DNA of 64,000 nt. Origin: Lingula anatina. Taxonomy: Eukaryota; Animalia; Brachiopoda. How positions within the stretch are numbered: position 1 is the stretch's first letter; every line of letters begins with the position of its first letter. A model generated the notes under the pieces. It did no database searches, had not been told where the DNA came from, and worked only from the letters and a program-made list of their open reading frames with translations. Shown piece after piece: positions 1 through 12,451 of this stretch. Made by a program: the position numbers and the translations under genes. The DNA lies in the NCBI GenBank assembly GCA_051362555.1, contig CM120641.1, forward strand, positions 38,446,401 to 38,510,400, written 5' to 3'.

Positions 1-266
1 ATCTTTTTTCCTCTTTGAAAGCAGGAAGTCCAAGACGCACGTTTCACCAACTACTTGTACACTCACACCTGTACACAACTAGTTTGGAGGAGTTAATAAG
101 AGAAGGCGTGCTTTTAAGATTAATTGCAAGCTCTGTTGGATGAGGTAGTTCACACGAAGAAAACTTCAAACGAAGTATGCGTTGTTATTTCACGTACTTT
201 TCTCACTTAAGAGGGACGGGGTGATATTTTGAAGACCAGCACCTTGATAAAATACCCCCCCCTCCC

Positions 267-267
<1 letters not shown>

Positions 268-312
<45 letters not shown>
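268..312. repeat. (CA)n microsatellite in SoxE-A intron 1
   Basis: Direct run of CA dinucleotides. Confidence 0.95.
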
Positions 313-315
<3 letters not shown>

Positions 316-411
316 CATGCAGGTAGCACGTGACATGACGACTTCTGGCCACAGCCTGCCATAAGAATGATTGCATTAAAATCAATAACGTATCATATCC
401 TAACAACTTAC

Positions 412-791
412 CTCCATAACTTGCCTAGAGTTTTGCTCAACTCTGCGTTGTGAAGATGTGGGTACTGATCGGCCAGCCGTCTTCTTGCTGCCTGGGCCCA
501 CACCATGAAGGCGTTCATAGGTCTCTTAATGTGCGGCTTGCGTTTGTCTGATCCCGGCCCACGGGTTGGCATGGGCACCAGAGACCAGTCGTAGCCCTTT
601 AGAACAGACGCTACTGCTTGCTGTATGTCTGTTGATAACTCATCACTGCTATTGCTTGTAGTACTCTGCTTTGGATCATCACTGGATTTAGTCGGCATTT
701 TGGCAGTGGCAGGAAAGTTTTCCGAATCTGACTCCCTTTCGCTCTCTCTGCCCGAGTCTGATGTGGGGGAAGACATGCTTGCGTGCTCCAT
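412..791 (-). CDS. SoxE: SoxE-family HMG-box transcription factor, paralogue A, coding exon 1 (remaining exons lie left of the window)
   Basis: ATG at 791. Encodes the SoxE dimerization motif [19 protein letters not shown] and the N-terminal HMG half [43 protein letters not shown]. Ends TGG AG|GTAAGT, the conserved phase-2 SoxE intron within the HMG box. Confidence 0.95.
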
Positions 792-930
792 CACTGTTCA
801 AAGTTTTTGAACCACAAAGTCCAAGTGATTGTTAAGTGTAAACTCCTTGAGGTTACTTGTCTCTTCTTAAACTGTGACCGACTTTACTGACATCTCTCAC
901 TGGAGTGGGATTTGAAAGTAGGAACTACAC

Positions 931-1010
931 TGACGTATGCTAATTAGGCGGGAAGCAAGTTGAAAGACCCCGCCTCCTTTCTGCTAACTGACAGCCTGCC
1001 GCCCACTAAT
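931..1010 (-). promoter_or_regulatory. Proximal promoter module of SoxE-A (CRE half-site/octamer-like TGACGTATGCTAAT, GC boxes)
   Basis: TGACGTATGCTAAT at 931-944 is identical to 17164-17177 upstream of SoxE-B. The CCGCCT, GCTA.CTG and CCACTAA blocks follow in the same order in both. Confidence 0.6.
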
Positions 1011-2167
1011 CATCAAAGTTAATACGAGTTGATCGGTCTTCTCATTGGGGTATTAATCAAAATATTAGTCACATGATTGAAGTGGAGCATACACGGACAT
1101 GACAGGCAAGGTTTACGCGCCGCACAGCGAACCGGATGCTTTTAATTTAGTCAACAAGCAATAACAAAACAATTCCCCAGGAGCTCCACTTTTTTCGCTG
1201 CTCCTCCTGCTCTTATTCATTTGTTTCCCTGTGTGAGATTAAGTTGTAAAATAAACGCCGCCGGCTTCTGGTCGACAATATGAAATATACTTTTTAGATT
1301 TGCGGTAGAATGCAGCGTTGATTATCAACGGGGGTTCCAAATCGGTCAAAATCAAACCTGGTAAGGGACAGACGTTGCTCTTGTGGTCTGATGCTTATCA
1401 AAAGAACGAGGAGAGTTGATACGGCGGAGAGGTGGTAATAGGACTACTTTAAAACATTTAGTTTTTTTTCTTTATAAGAAAACCCTTTCTGGACTATGTT
1501 CATGATGACTTGTTCTTGTGTTAGACGATTTCGTTAATGATAAAAATCGGTCAATCTAGTAAAGTTAATTACATAAGAGTTCATTTGATTTAACATAAAA
1601 TGTGTCTGTAAACATTTTAGTGCTTTTAGTGCTTATTGTTAAATGTTTACTATGGCTCTGTAAATCGGGGGGGGGGGCAATTTTGAAAACAAGTCTTTGG
1701 GTATGTTTCGTGAAGCTAAATTATATTTTGTAGAAAGATCTACGAAGCAAGAGAAAGAGAGGAACTGAAAGAGAATTTTTAAAAATAATTTTTCTTGAAC
1801 AGTCTTGAGGATGTGGTTTATCACTAAACCTGTTAATTTTCAGAAAGGGCAAAAATTTTCAAATCAACGTTTTGGGTATTTCCCTCTCTGTCTATATTTT
1901 ATTTATTTTTAATTTTATTTTATCCCTTCTCAAATTCTTTGCTAGTTGAACACATATTTTGTATTATCTGCTAATTGCTGTTTAAATTCCCTTCCTGTAG
2001 TATGAATTCCTTATATTACTTAAGTTAACTAGCAAACGAGACCTTTTTCCTAAAAAGCGTCACCGGTCACTTAGAAGTGAGGCTGGCAATAGATAACCAA
2101 ACTTAAATTCTTTTTGATGAAATGACGGACTGATTTACAGTCTCTTTCCCATATAAAGGTACATGCC

Positions 2168-2169
2168 TC

Positions 2170-2205
<36 letters not shown>
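2168..2205. repeat. (CT)n microsatellite
   Basis: Direct run. Confidence 0.9.
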
Positions 2206-5200
2206 AATCCAAGTCATTCATCCTCTGTACATCTTTTCCAGTGTAGGCCTACTGATGGGTCCATGCACCTATCTGAACGTTTGTAGACAGAATGACGCTA
2301 AAGGAGCTACACAAAATAGCGTGATGTGAATTTTCAACTACGTTTACAAAGTATTATCATCAAAAATGTAAAAAGGAGATCGGATCACACCCCCTGAGAT
2401 AAATCAAATGCCGGCAGATGGCGTGAGAGGCGTGGCAGGGATCGGGTTCTTCATGGGGCACCTCATTAGCTGGTAGTGTCTTGGCCTCTAAATCACATTT
2501 GTCACGAGAGGAGTTTACGTGAGCCTCTCATGTTCAAGGTTTATAAGGCAGCTCGTCTCCCGTCTCTATCTGATTATTAATTCGTAATTTGCAAACGTGG
2601 AGCAAGTTTAGCACCTTAATCAAGTGGAAATTTAGACACCGGGGCTCGAGCGACGAGGTACTAATTATAGACCGAGCCTCCCGAGCATGTAATTGGAACC
2701 CCCACGGATTATTATTAGGATTCATACTTATTAATTATTAATAAGTTCAAATATGTATTTTCATTTTTAAGAGATGGATATCTGGCGGTTTCAGCATGTG
2801 GGCGTTCTCCAGGGGTGTGATATCAAGTTGGTATTTTACGACTGTCACGTTCTTTTGTCGCCTCTACAAGTTTTTATCGCGCTTGCGAGTAGCGCGTAAC
2901 ATGTTTTCATGTCTTGGGAGGCGTTTTTGATCCCAGTGCAAATTATACGGCTACTTACATGCTATTAACCTTGTAATGGTTCACTGGTTTATTCCATATA
3001 AGAATGCAATTTAGTTAAAATCGGTTTCGCCTGATGTTGCATGAGATATTTTATTTAAAAGAAAACAAAAGCAGAGAGACTTGTGAATAAACAAGATGCC
3101 AAAAGAAAAGACAGTGGCACTATATTAAGCTTGGACTGCCCTTAATTACTTGGAACGTCAAATTTTGATTTTCATTATATTCGTATGTAAATTGGTTCGA
3201 ATAAGTAAATAAAGTACCAAGTGAAATCCATGACATTTCGCAGCTGCTAAATGATGGGATTGAAATGCTAAGAAATGATAGGGTTCTTGAAGGAAAATAG
3301 AAATAAAGGTGACTCTTAGTCTAAATATGAACACGGAATGTTGTTCCCTGGTTGAGCACAACTAAAAGTGGGACAATTAAGTTGTTTCAGACACATTAAG
3401 ATGTCTTTTCTAAACTTGTGACTCCTCAACTGAACTATATATATGCTCAATCAGCTGGAAAATAAACCGCGGAATGATTTGGTTCAGGTGATATTCCTAC
3501 TTAGCCTAAATTTTGGCTCCTCAAATAGGGAGCACATGTGATGGACAATTACTTTTAAAGACATGGTTACTTCGTCCGCTCTCTAAATCCACTGACCTCG
3601 GTAATAGACTCAAACTAGTTAAAGCAGCAAGTGGTGCCATCATTTAGCACCCCCTTCACGCTTTAACTTTTCGCAATTTTCAATCTATATGTGATATATG
3701 GAATTCTAGTTTATGTCCCAGTTAAACTGAATTTTGACTAAGTCTAAATATCATATATGTCTCTAAATAAGGGCTCAGGATAACCGATGAAATGTTAACA
3801 AGATTTGATACATTTGTAGGTGAAGAAATGTAAAACTTATTGACATCATATATAAAATCGTTTATTGAATTGTGATATAAAGTGTGGCGAAATTTAGGAA
3901 GGAACTTTTAAAAACTGGACATTTTTATTTGAAATAAAAACCAAAAAAAAAAAAGATTTTACACACACATATCCTGACCACAGACTAACCAAATTCTTGT
4001 AGCCTGCGTGAAAAAATAAAAACGCTGATGAACGGCATCAAAACCGTCCCTGTGCCTAATAAATTCCCCATTTCGAAGAATTTTGCACTTTGGCAAAAGT
4101 GACTCCCCGCAAAAGTGTCAAATTCATATTTATTTGCTGTATCCAACTTGCGTGTAAAATACAGATATAGTAAAGCCCCGTTTAATGAGCTTAGAATGTT
4201 TAAAAACATATTAGTAATCATGTTTTTTTCTTTCATAGTGTGTCTGTACTCATTAGAATAAAGATGACTGTGCATTTCGTCCCTCATACCTCAGTCTTTT
4301 ACATATACATCACGATATAAGCATATGTGGAGCATGCAGATCACTGCTGAGATGACTATCTTAGGAGCTGACAGAATTTGAGGATGGGCAAGGGACTCTG
4401 ATTAACATGTCTTTACGTGTCCATACTTGAGTGTCTGAGTGTATGTGCGTGTGCGTGTGTGTGCTTGTTTGTGCGTGTTTTTGAGAGCGAAATAGAGAGA
4501 GATCACAACTATATTGATGAAATATTTCAACTTGGTGTGACATTTATCGGTTTTTTTGCTTAATTAGTTGTATAATTTAACGACTTACTGACTGCACAAA
4601 TTATTTCGTACACGTGGTTGTCGTTTGATGATGAAAGAGATAATCAGCAGTGGCAGGCTTACTAGTAATAATTAAAAAAGATAGGTCGGCGTGAATACTG
4701 ATGCGATCCAATTAAGAGTGAGAGAAAAATAATGGTATTTGGCTGAGTTCATGCAAGTCGATAAAAACGTGTAATATATGTACGATGTGCACTGACATTG
4801 ATTCGGCATAGCAATTTGTGGAAGTTGACTAAAGGGATCTTAACTCCTTCATGTACAAACTATGTATACATACACGAACGTACCTCGGATAAGTCTAAAT
4901 AAAGCTTTGTATAGGGACTGATTAAAGAAAGCAAACAAAAAAAAAAGAAAGGTCATTTTGAAAATGAAAAAAAAAACAGGCAGAAATTTTTGATTTATGA
5001 TATGAATGGGAAAATATTGGAGAGATATAAAAACAATACACTCTGTCGGAATGAGTGAGAAGCAAACAGCCTCTAGTGTATAGGGCTGACCATAACTACG
5101 TTTCAACACATTTCGTACATTTTTGGAGGAAGCTTTCACAATATCAAAATAACACCTCAAAAAATTATTCTTTATAGAAAATAGGGGAGAGTAATTAATG

Positions 5201-7904
5201 CCGTAGTTGTAAATGGTAAACGAGCAGACGCATGAGAAGAGAAATGACAGTTTGGCAATTCGTTGTTTAGCTGTACGTGCAAACTGAAACTGTGTTACCA
5301 AATTATTGAAAAAGATCCCCATGATCTTATTTCATCTGATTTGCTTATTAAAGTTTGGAAAATGAAACCATAACTAAATTTGTGTTTATCTGTTTCTTAT
5401 GTCCGCATTGCCGTTATTGTTTAAAAATAAATGCATTACTTATCAAACGAAAATAGATGTATTGATACATGACGGAAAGTCATGCGACAAGTCAGAAAAA
5501 TAAACAACAAAATGAATAGTTGCAATTCTTTTTGATCTTTAAATGTTATATAATTTTTCTCAAAAATCTCACAAGACAATGAACACATTCAATTTGCCTT
5601 TCAGACTAAAAATGAAGGATTATTTTCCATAGTCTTACATAAGTAAACACTCTTTATTTTGACATGCCGGGCCTGTTACATTAAGAAAATGAATCTTGCC
5701 CCAAGGTCCAGCTCCAGCTTGCCTGGTGGGGGAGGGGGGGTGCATGCTGTAAAAAATAAATCAGGATAAGAAATGCGCTGTGAAGAAAAAAAATAGATCC
5801 GGAGACAGAACAGCCAACAGAATTTGTTTGGTGGGATGTCTTAAAATGGTTGGCAGGCCAATGACCCGAATGACTAGATGGCACGCTGACAAACAATCAA
5901 ACAAACAGAATTGCAGACGTAAAAACAATATAAAATCAAGACACCATGACCATAATTCACTGATGATAAATATTACATAATATAAGTAAAGTAAAAGAAA
6001 ATCTTAAGCCTTTTACAATTTTAAAAGCAGTGGCATCGGCATAATGCCGACTCCGCTAGAGAAACGGGTCCACTTTGAAGTAGTCGGAGAAATATTGTTC
6101 AGTGGACATTGCATGGCATGGAGAAAGATTCACACCTAATAAACGGGCACGCCATTTGCACCTGCGTGATGAATTGTTTTCAGCGCAATTGATGCAACGA
6201 TCGAAATGATATATTGAGCATTTTCAGGCATTTTGAGTTAACTAAAAGAAATTCTTCGGATTGTCATCAATTTGATCAAATATCATTTGACTTCTTAGAT
6301 TTACATATTGTAACAATAAGATGTCTTACTATTTCAATATTTTGAGTGTTTCAGATTCAGTCTAGACATGCAAATGATCATAAGCTGGCTGCAGAAAAGC
6401 TCTGTCAAAAGGGCAGCCATTTTCTGAGATGGTGTGAAGTTTGACAGTAATAGTCACGCCGTTTTATTAATGAAAGTAGCATACAACTCCTTTGTTGTCC
6501 GAAGACAGGAATTTTTTTTCATTTTTGCAGTCTAATGGAGCAGTCTAATGGAGGTAGATGATTATTCATTTTAAAACTTTGATTTTAGCTAACAAATATT
6601 ATTATCAATCTTAGCTATTGTATTTTTTCAACAAACGCTCCAGCAAAATAGTTTGCACTCGGTCGTAGTATAACTGCATTACGGTATTGAAGTTTCGTGT
6701 ATGAACCAATTAATCTCTGTGGATTTAAAGCATTTAATTATCACGCATATGGCTGATTAAGCAGAATTTCAAACGCAAATGAGAGATGTGACCGATAGTT
6801 GGAAGTGTAAGCATTCCATTGCCCATATTTTTGCACGGGATCTTTCTCCTCACGTCTTGTTCTTTGGTCTGTTACGGATTTAAATCAGACGAATATCTTC
6901 AATATGCACCAACCTGGTGGGCCGGCGTTGTTATTCTCGGCATAAATAGGACAGCATTCTTTTAAAGGTTTAATAACATTTCGTCGTATCTCCAAATGAT
7001 ATTTATTAAAATGATAATAATACATGTGTATGACCTCCATGATATTTTCACTTTCTTACCCCACCTCTCTCTCTCTCTCTCTCTCTCTTCCATTCCAAAG
7101 ATTCAATTGGAATAATATAGCGATAATGTAACTTTTATGACTCTCTCTTTTCCACTCTGGTTAGAAGATAGTAAGCCCGCATTTGTGAGTTCCCAACTAT
7201 GTTATTTGCGTCGAACCATGGTCCGTACTTACTAACTTCGACTCTATCAATAATTTAGAATGAGTAATTGAAACTGCTTAATATTCTTGATGATATTCAG
7301 ATTGGTCTATTTGATTTAATAGGAAAAGCTCAGCGATGGATGTTGCGTCATGCGATGGGCATCCTGCGTTCCGCAGTCTCATTTACAGGAGCTCGGCGCA
7401 AACACGCGCTCTCCCCTAGGTCTGCGTTCAAACATGTCTGGTTAAGTTACGAGCAAGAAGTGATATATAGCAGTAACCCCGCTTGATTTGACAAGTTTGT
7501 CGATAATGGCGTTATTTTATGTCATCTTATGAGTCTGTATCCCGGATTTGACCCAGCGGGTACAGGCCTCTGAAACTTTGCTCATCACCGTGTTTTAGCC
7601 ACCGTTAGCTAAGGTTTATGTCTGGTATGTATTCTACCTGAATTTGTTTTGGATCATTTTCTTTTGTAGACATGCAGAATTAAAGCATAAATTGGTTCTA
7701 TATACAAATATGCAGTCACATGTAATGAATGAAAATATTCTGTATCTTTCTCGACTTTTATTGCTAACCGTAAGCATGAATAAATGTAATTGTGGTTTTG
7801 AACATATCAAAAGCTGAGCAATGTGTTTTTGTAAATATCTCCGAAAAAATTAGGCAACACATACTGATAGGACGCGGCCACGGTCAATGTTAAACTTGTA
7901 ACAT

Positions 7905-7905
<1 letters not shown>

Positions 7906-7979
<74 letters not shown>
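7906..7979. repeat. (CT)n microsatellite
   Basis: Direct run; explains the spurious SLSLSL ORF. Confidence 0.95.
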
Positions 7980-7982
<3 letters not shown>

Positions 7983-9101
7983 ACACTCATACATGTACAC
8001 ACATACACGCACACGTGCATGCGTTCGCACGCTCAGAAACACACACACAAACGCGCGCCTTATTACTTATGAAAAACCTCCTGACATTCCGTTCCCTGCG
8101 TTATTTCACCTCATTACTTTGATCGTCAATTGAGAAGTTTTGATGTTGTCTAGTGTCACCATTCCAAGGTTTACATATCACCGAACCATAAAACTCAGCT
8201 ACTCCCTTTCTAATGTTATCTCATTTCATTTCAAGTCGTCTGAGCTATGAGTGACTGTCACGCGGCGGAATCGGAGTAGAGATAACCTTGGTGTCACAGA
8301 GATGAATAAGAATGGATTATTTTAGGTTAATATAAAGTTTACATGAGCTAAAATTTGTTGGCTGTTGCACCTGGTTTATTATACCAAGACACTTACTTTA
8401 TGCTGGAATTTCTTTTGAACAACCGAAGAGCGTGTCAGTGTTTCTAATTCCAAGAAGCAGTGGTAAAATGTATTTTTATACCTTACAGATGGTATAAACG
8501 ATATATTTTCCGTGTCATTTTTGATATTATTTTTCTTTGCAATAACGGATAATTACCCAGTTTTACGATTTTTGAATTGGCTTTTAAACCTTTTCATTTG
8601 CTTCATTGACTTTTTCACCTGGCATACTTGCATTACGAATGCACGCAAAGGATGATTATCATATGCAGTGTTGTCTCTATACTAGTATACAACTGTGAGT
8701 TCTTTAGAATTACTATTTTTATCAAAATGACAATTTCTGACTTTTTTTATTTCAGAGGTAAAGGCGACAGTTTCTTAAATTTCACTTGTCTTGAACAGCC
8801 TCTTTCTTTTCAGTTAGCCTGCTTTATTCTTTTTGAGTGATTAAATCGCTACGTGCATAACAAAAATCATATAGACAGATATTTTATTGGTTTTATTGTT
8901 ACCAAATAAGCAAAGGAAGTGGTACAATACAACACAGAAATAAAAAAGAAGTTCTAAGAACAAAGTTAACGCTATTAAAATAAATGCGTCTAAAACAAGC
9001 AACACAGCACCTCTGTTCTTAAAGTTGATTTAGTTTCAATTGCATTTGAGTCTCTGACTGCAAATCTTTTCATAGTGGCAAATATGCTGTAAGTAAAAGT
9101 A

Positions 9102-9402
9102 AAAGCAAAAGTCTTGCTCAGCGACAATGTAGTTAAATGTATTTAATTCTATACTTAAAGTTATCGTTTGACGAATAGACTTCAGATCTTGTAATGGCTT
9201 AACACGGATGGGATCCCACGTTGGTGCAGCTGTTTAGACCAGGAAATTTTTAATGAAAGCAAAAGTCTTGGTTATTGACAATATAGTTAAGTATATTTAT
9301 TCCTTTACGTAAAGTGGCCGTGTGGTGAATAGGCTACATATCCAGTGATGGCTTAACACAAGGGCGGGGTCCCACGTTGCTACAGCTATTTAGATCAGAA
9401 AA
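9102..9402. repeat. Diverged tandem duplication, about 155 bp x2
   Basis: AAAGCAAAAGTCTTG...GACAAT.TAGTTAA...GAATAG...ATGGCTTAACAC...TCCCACGTTG...CAGCT.TTTAGA.CAG occurs twice in tandem. Confidence 0.8.
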
Positions 9403-12400
9403 TGAGCCCTGTGACTGGGCTGCCCACGGACCATACCACACCCTGAACATCGCACGGGGTTACTCAGTTCTGGGTATCACTGGTCACCGTCGCTGAGATA
9501 AAATCGCACGCCCTCACTGCACAGCTCTAGTAGATGTCGTTTAGGTAAGTGAACAGGTGCGCGTTATCGTACAGGTGATCTCCGTTATCTCCGTCCACTG
9601 GTCATCTAATGGTCAGTTGGAGATCATCCTTCATTGGATGCCCGTTCCTTGTCCCTGGTGCAAACCCTGCAGGACACATTCATGAGCTCAGTCACGATAT
9701 GTGACAATTTGTTCACGATCTAGACATGTTTACGAAGACTTCGTCTAGATCTGCTGTAAAGTGAAAAATAACAATTTTCCTGAATTGTTTTTCAAGTGCG
9801 ACTTGCGATTTTCTTTGTTAGGGAATAAATGTTTTACTGTAGTCGAGAATATATTTTACTTCCCCTCTTTTGTCCAGAGATACTGCATAACCGTGCCAAA
9901 ATGGGGGGTGTTTCTAAAAAAAAATTTTTTTCTCGTGCTTAGATACGAAATAGAATTGTGAAATGCATAAATACATGTATATGTACATTTTCTAGTCCTT
10001 AGATACGTCATAAAATTGTGAAAGCATTGTTTAAAATGCACCAAACAAACACAAACAAAGGGACAGTTGCCTTTCTTCATCTGTTATTTACCAAAATATG
10101 TTGTTACTATCTTGGCTAAAATCCCTCTTCATCAATTAAAATCGAAAAAAAATGCAAATTGTGAAATTGGCCAAAAGCCTTTACAGTTGCTAATCACAAG
10201 CCAGCCTCTGCTTTTTATTCCAGCTGTTTTGTTTACATAATTTTAAGTTTTGAGCAAGAAATTTAGGATAAAATTGTATAATTCAGCTTCCATAAATTTA
10301 ATTATTTCTGGCCAATGCACAAACATTCTCCTCCTTATAAATCGTGACACACGTCCATCCTTTGTTTTGTTTTTTAAGACCAACTTCGAATGACTTGCTT
10401 TTCCTTCTCTATTCTAGCCGATCATCTTGCTGCAAGATTTAAGGCTAAAACTTTCCAAACAGTTCACGTCTTGACCTGCAGAGGTGACATAAAGCTTTGA
10501 CTTTAGAAACCTGCCGATGTTCTTCACCTATTTCTGAAGCACGTTTAGAAATAAGACAAAGGACAAAAATGTGGTTAAGTTGAGTAACTTGTCTGTTTGT
10601 CCGAGTAGATCTTAGCCGTTACAGAGATGACATTTTCTGATAGATTAAAGAACAGTGTTTCGTTCTGGCTGACGTTGCATAACTTCTCTTTCTGTTTTTT
10701 TTTAAACTGATGGCATGTATTCTTGCCATTTTCTTCCAACAACCTCTTCACTATCCTCATGATAGATCACGCCGCTCTTTCAGGGTCCCAAAAGTTAGCT
10801 TGAGTCCCCAGTAATTTGCACACTACATTAGGTAATATATTAGGATAAAATGACACATATGCGGCTAAGTTGTTGCTACTGAGCAAGGCACGCCTAGGAT
10901 ATAACTGTATCAAACTTGATGCTGTTTTTTGTTTAAAAACTCCCTGGTTTCTAATCCACAGTAAAATCAGGTCTAACGACTTTATAGTAACGAGTTCTAT
11001 TTGAATTCCGTGACATATCAAAAATTGGCCATTGCTTAATATTGCACATTTATAGGGTGTATTCGATTTGAAGAGTTAGTTTCAAAAGATGGAATGTATC
11101 GACAACATTCCTGCATGTTCTCGTATTTCAACCGATTCTTTTTTTTTTTACTAATACTCGTTTTTTATTCTTCTTTAAAGAGAATTAAAACTGACGTCGC
11201 GCATTATTCCGAAACGAGAGAATATCATCGTTCTCAACAGACGTGTATATTGGTGTACGGCTGTTATTATCTTCTTCCTCATTTACTTTGAATTCTTTTT
11301 ATACTTTTTTGGTACTCTTATGTATTTCTCTTTTTGCCCTTTTAAGTCAATATTTTCATACGCCCAAATAAGTTAGCGGTTGCAGTGACATCTGTCGGCA
11401 CCATGTGGATGACCGAAAGTAACAAGGGTACAGAGAGGTTGTTCGTTGACGTAACTTTGTTTCTCATTTTATGCCTTAGCAACCGAGGAAGGCACTGCCT
11501 TTTCTATCAGCTGCTTCTCATCTTAATTTTGGGGAAAGACAAAAGAAATCCTGCAGAACGCGCTGTTTAGAAGCTAGAGCGCTCATTGTTGATTATCCTT
11601 AACTCTTTTCTTTTAAACGGTGTATACACGGATAGGCTTACTACAGACGCTTTTGATATAATGAAGAACCTTTGTAAGCCGCTCTCTAGAATTATTTGAC
11701 GAAAAGTAACTGACTGTACAAGTACCTTAATCTGAATTTTAGCAAATTTTTACTCTTTTCTTTCGCCCAATTAATTATTCTTTATGTCTATCTTTAAACT
11801 AAAGATCATGGAAATCAATTTCTAATCTTTAATTGAAAATTACAATAATCTATCAATTTTGTCGCAAAATAATAAAAAACGAGTTTAAAGTTACAAATAA
11901 AACTTGCAAAAGATTTTCATTACAATGTTTATGAAGACACGAACGAGCAATTTAAATTTAAAACCTTTTTTATTATTGGCATAAATCTTGTAAGTATATA
12001 TTCATATATATTAAATCTATTTTCAACTTTTAAATAAAGTCATAACACGCATGTATATATATTTTTATGCATATTTATATATTACTTAAACGCTTACGTA
12101 TGACGTAAACAACTACAGAGTACGCGCACTGATATTTACATATAAACACGTGGTTTAAATATGATAATATATATTTAACACAACAAGTTAAACGAAACAA
12201 ATTGGGAATGATAAAAATTGGGAATTATTGCCATTGGTTGATAAAACAACCCAGCATTCGCAAGTCTGTCCTGATAATAACAGTCTGGCATTCAACCTTG
12301 GAAACCTGATGCTTGAATATTGTCGCCGACTTGGGTCCTGAGATCACGGAGAGCTGGGCACGGCAAAGGGACAGTTGTCGCTGCTTCCCTATGCACCTTT

Positions 12401-12451
12401 ATTTTGTCACCTTGCACATATTTTGAGTCGAAGATGTCGCTCGGAAAAGAG

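Noticed and set aside
7903-8133. SL-repeat ORF (and similar CV/ER-repeat ORFs at 203, 58952, 60611 and 60751)
   Set aside because: Translations of dinucleotide microsatellites.
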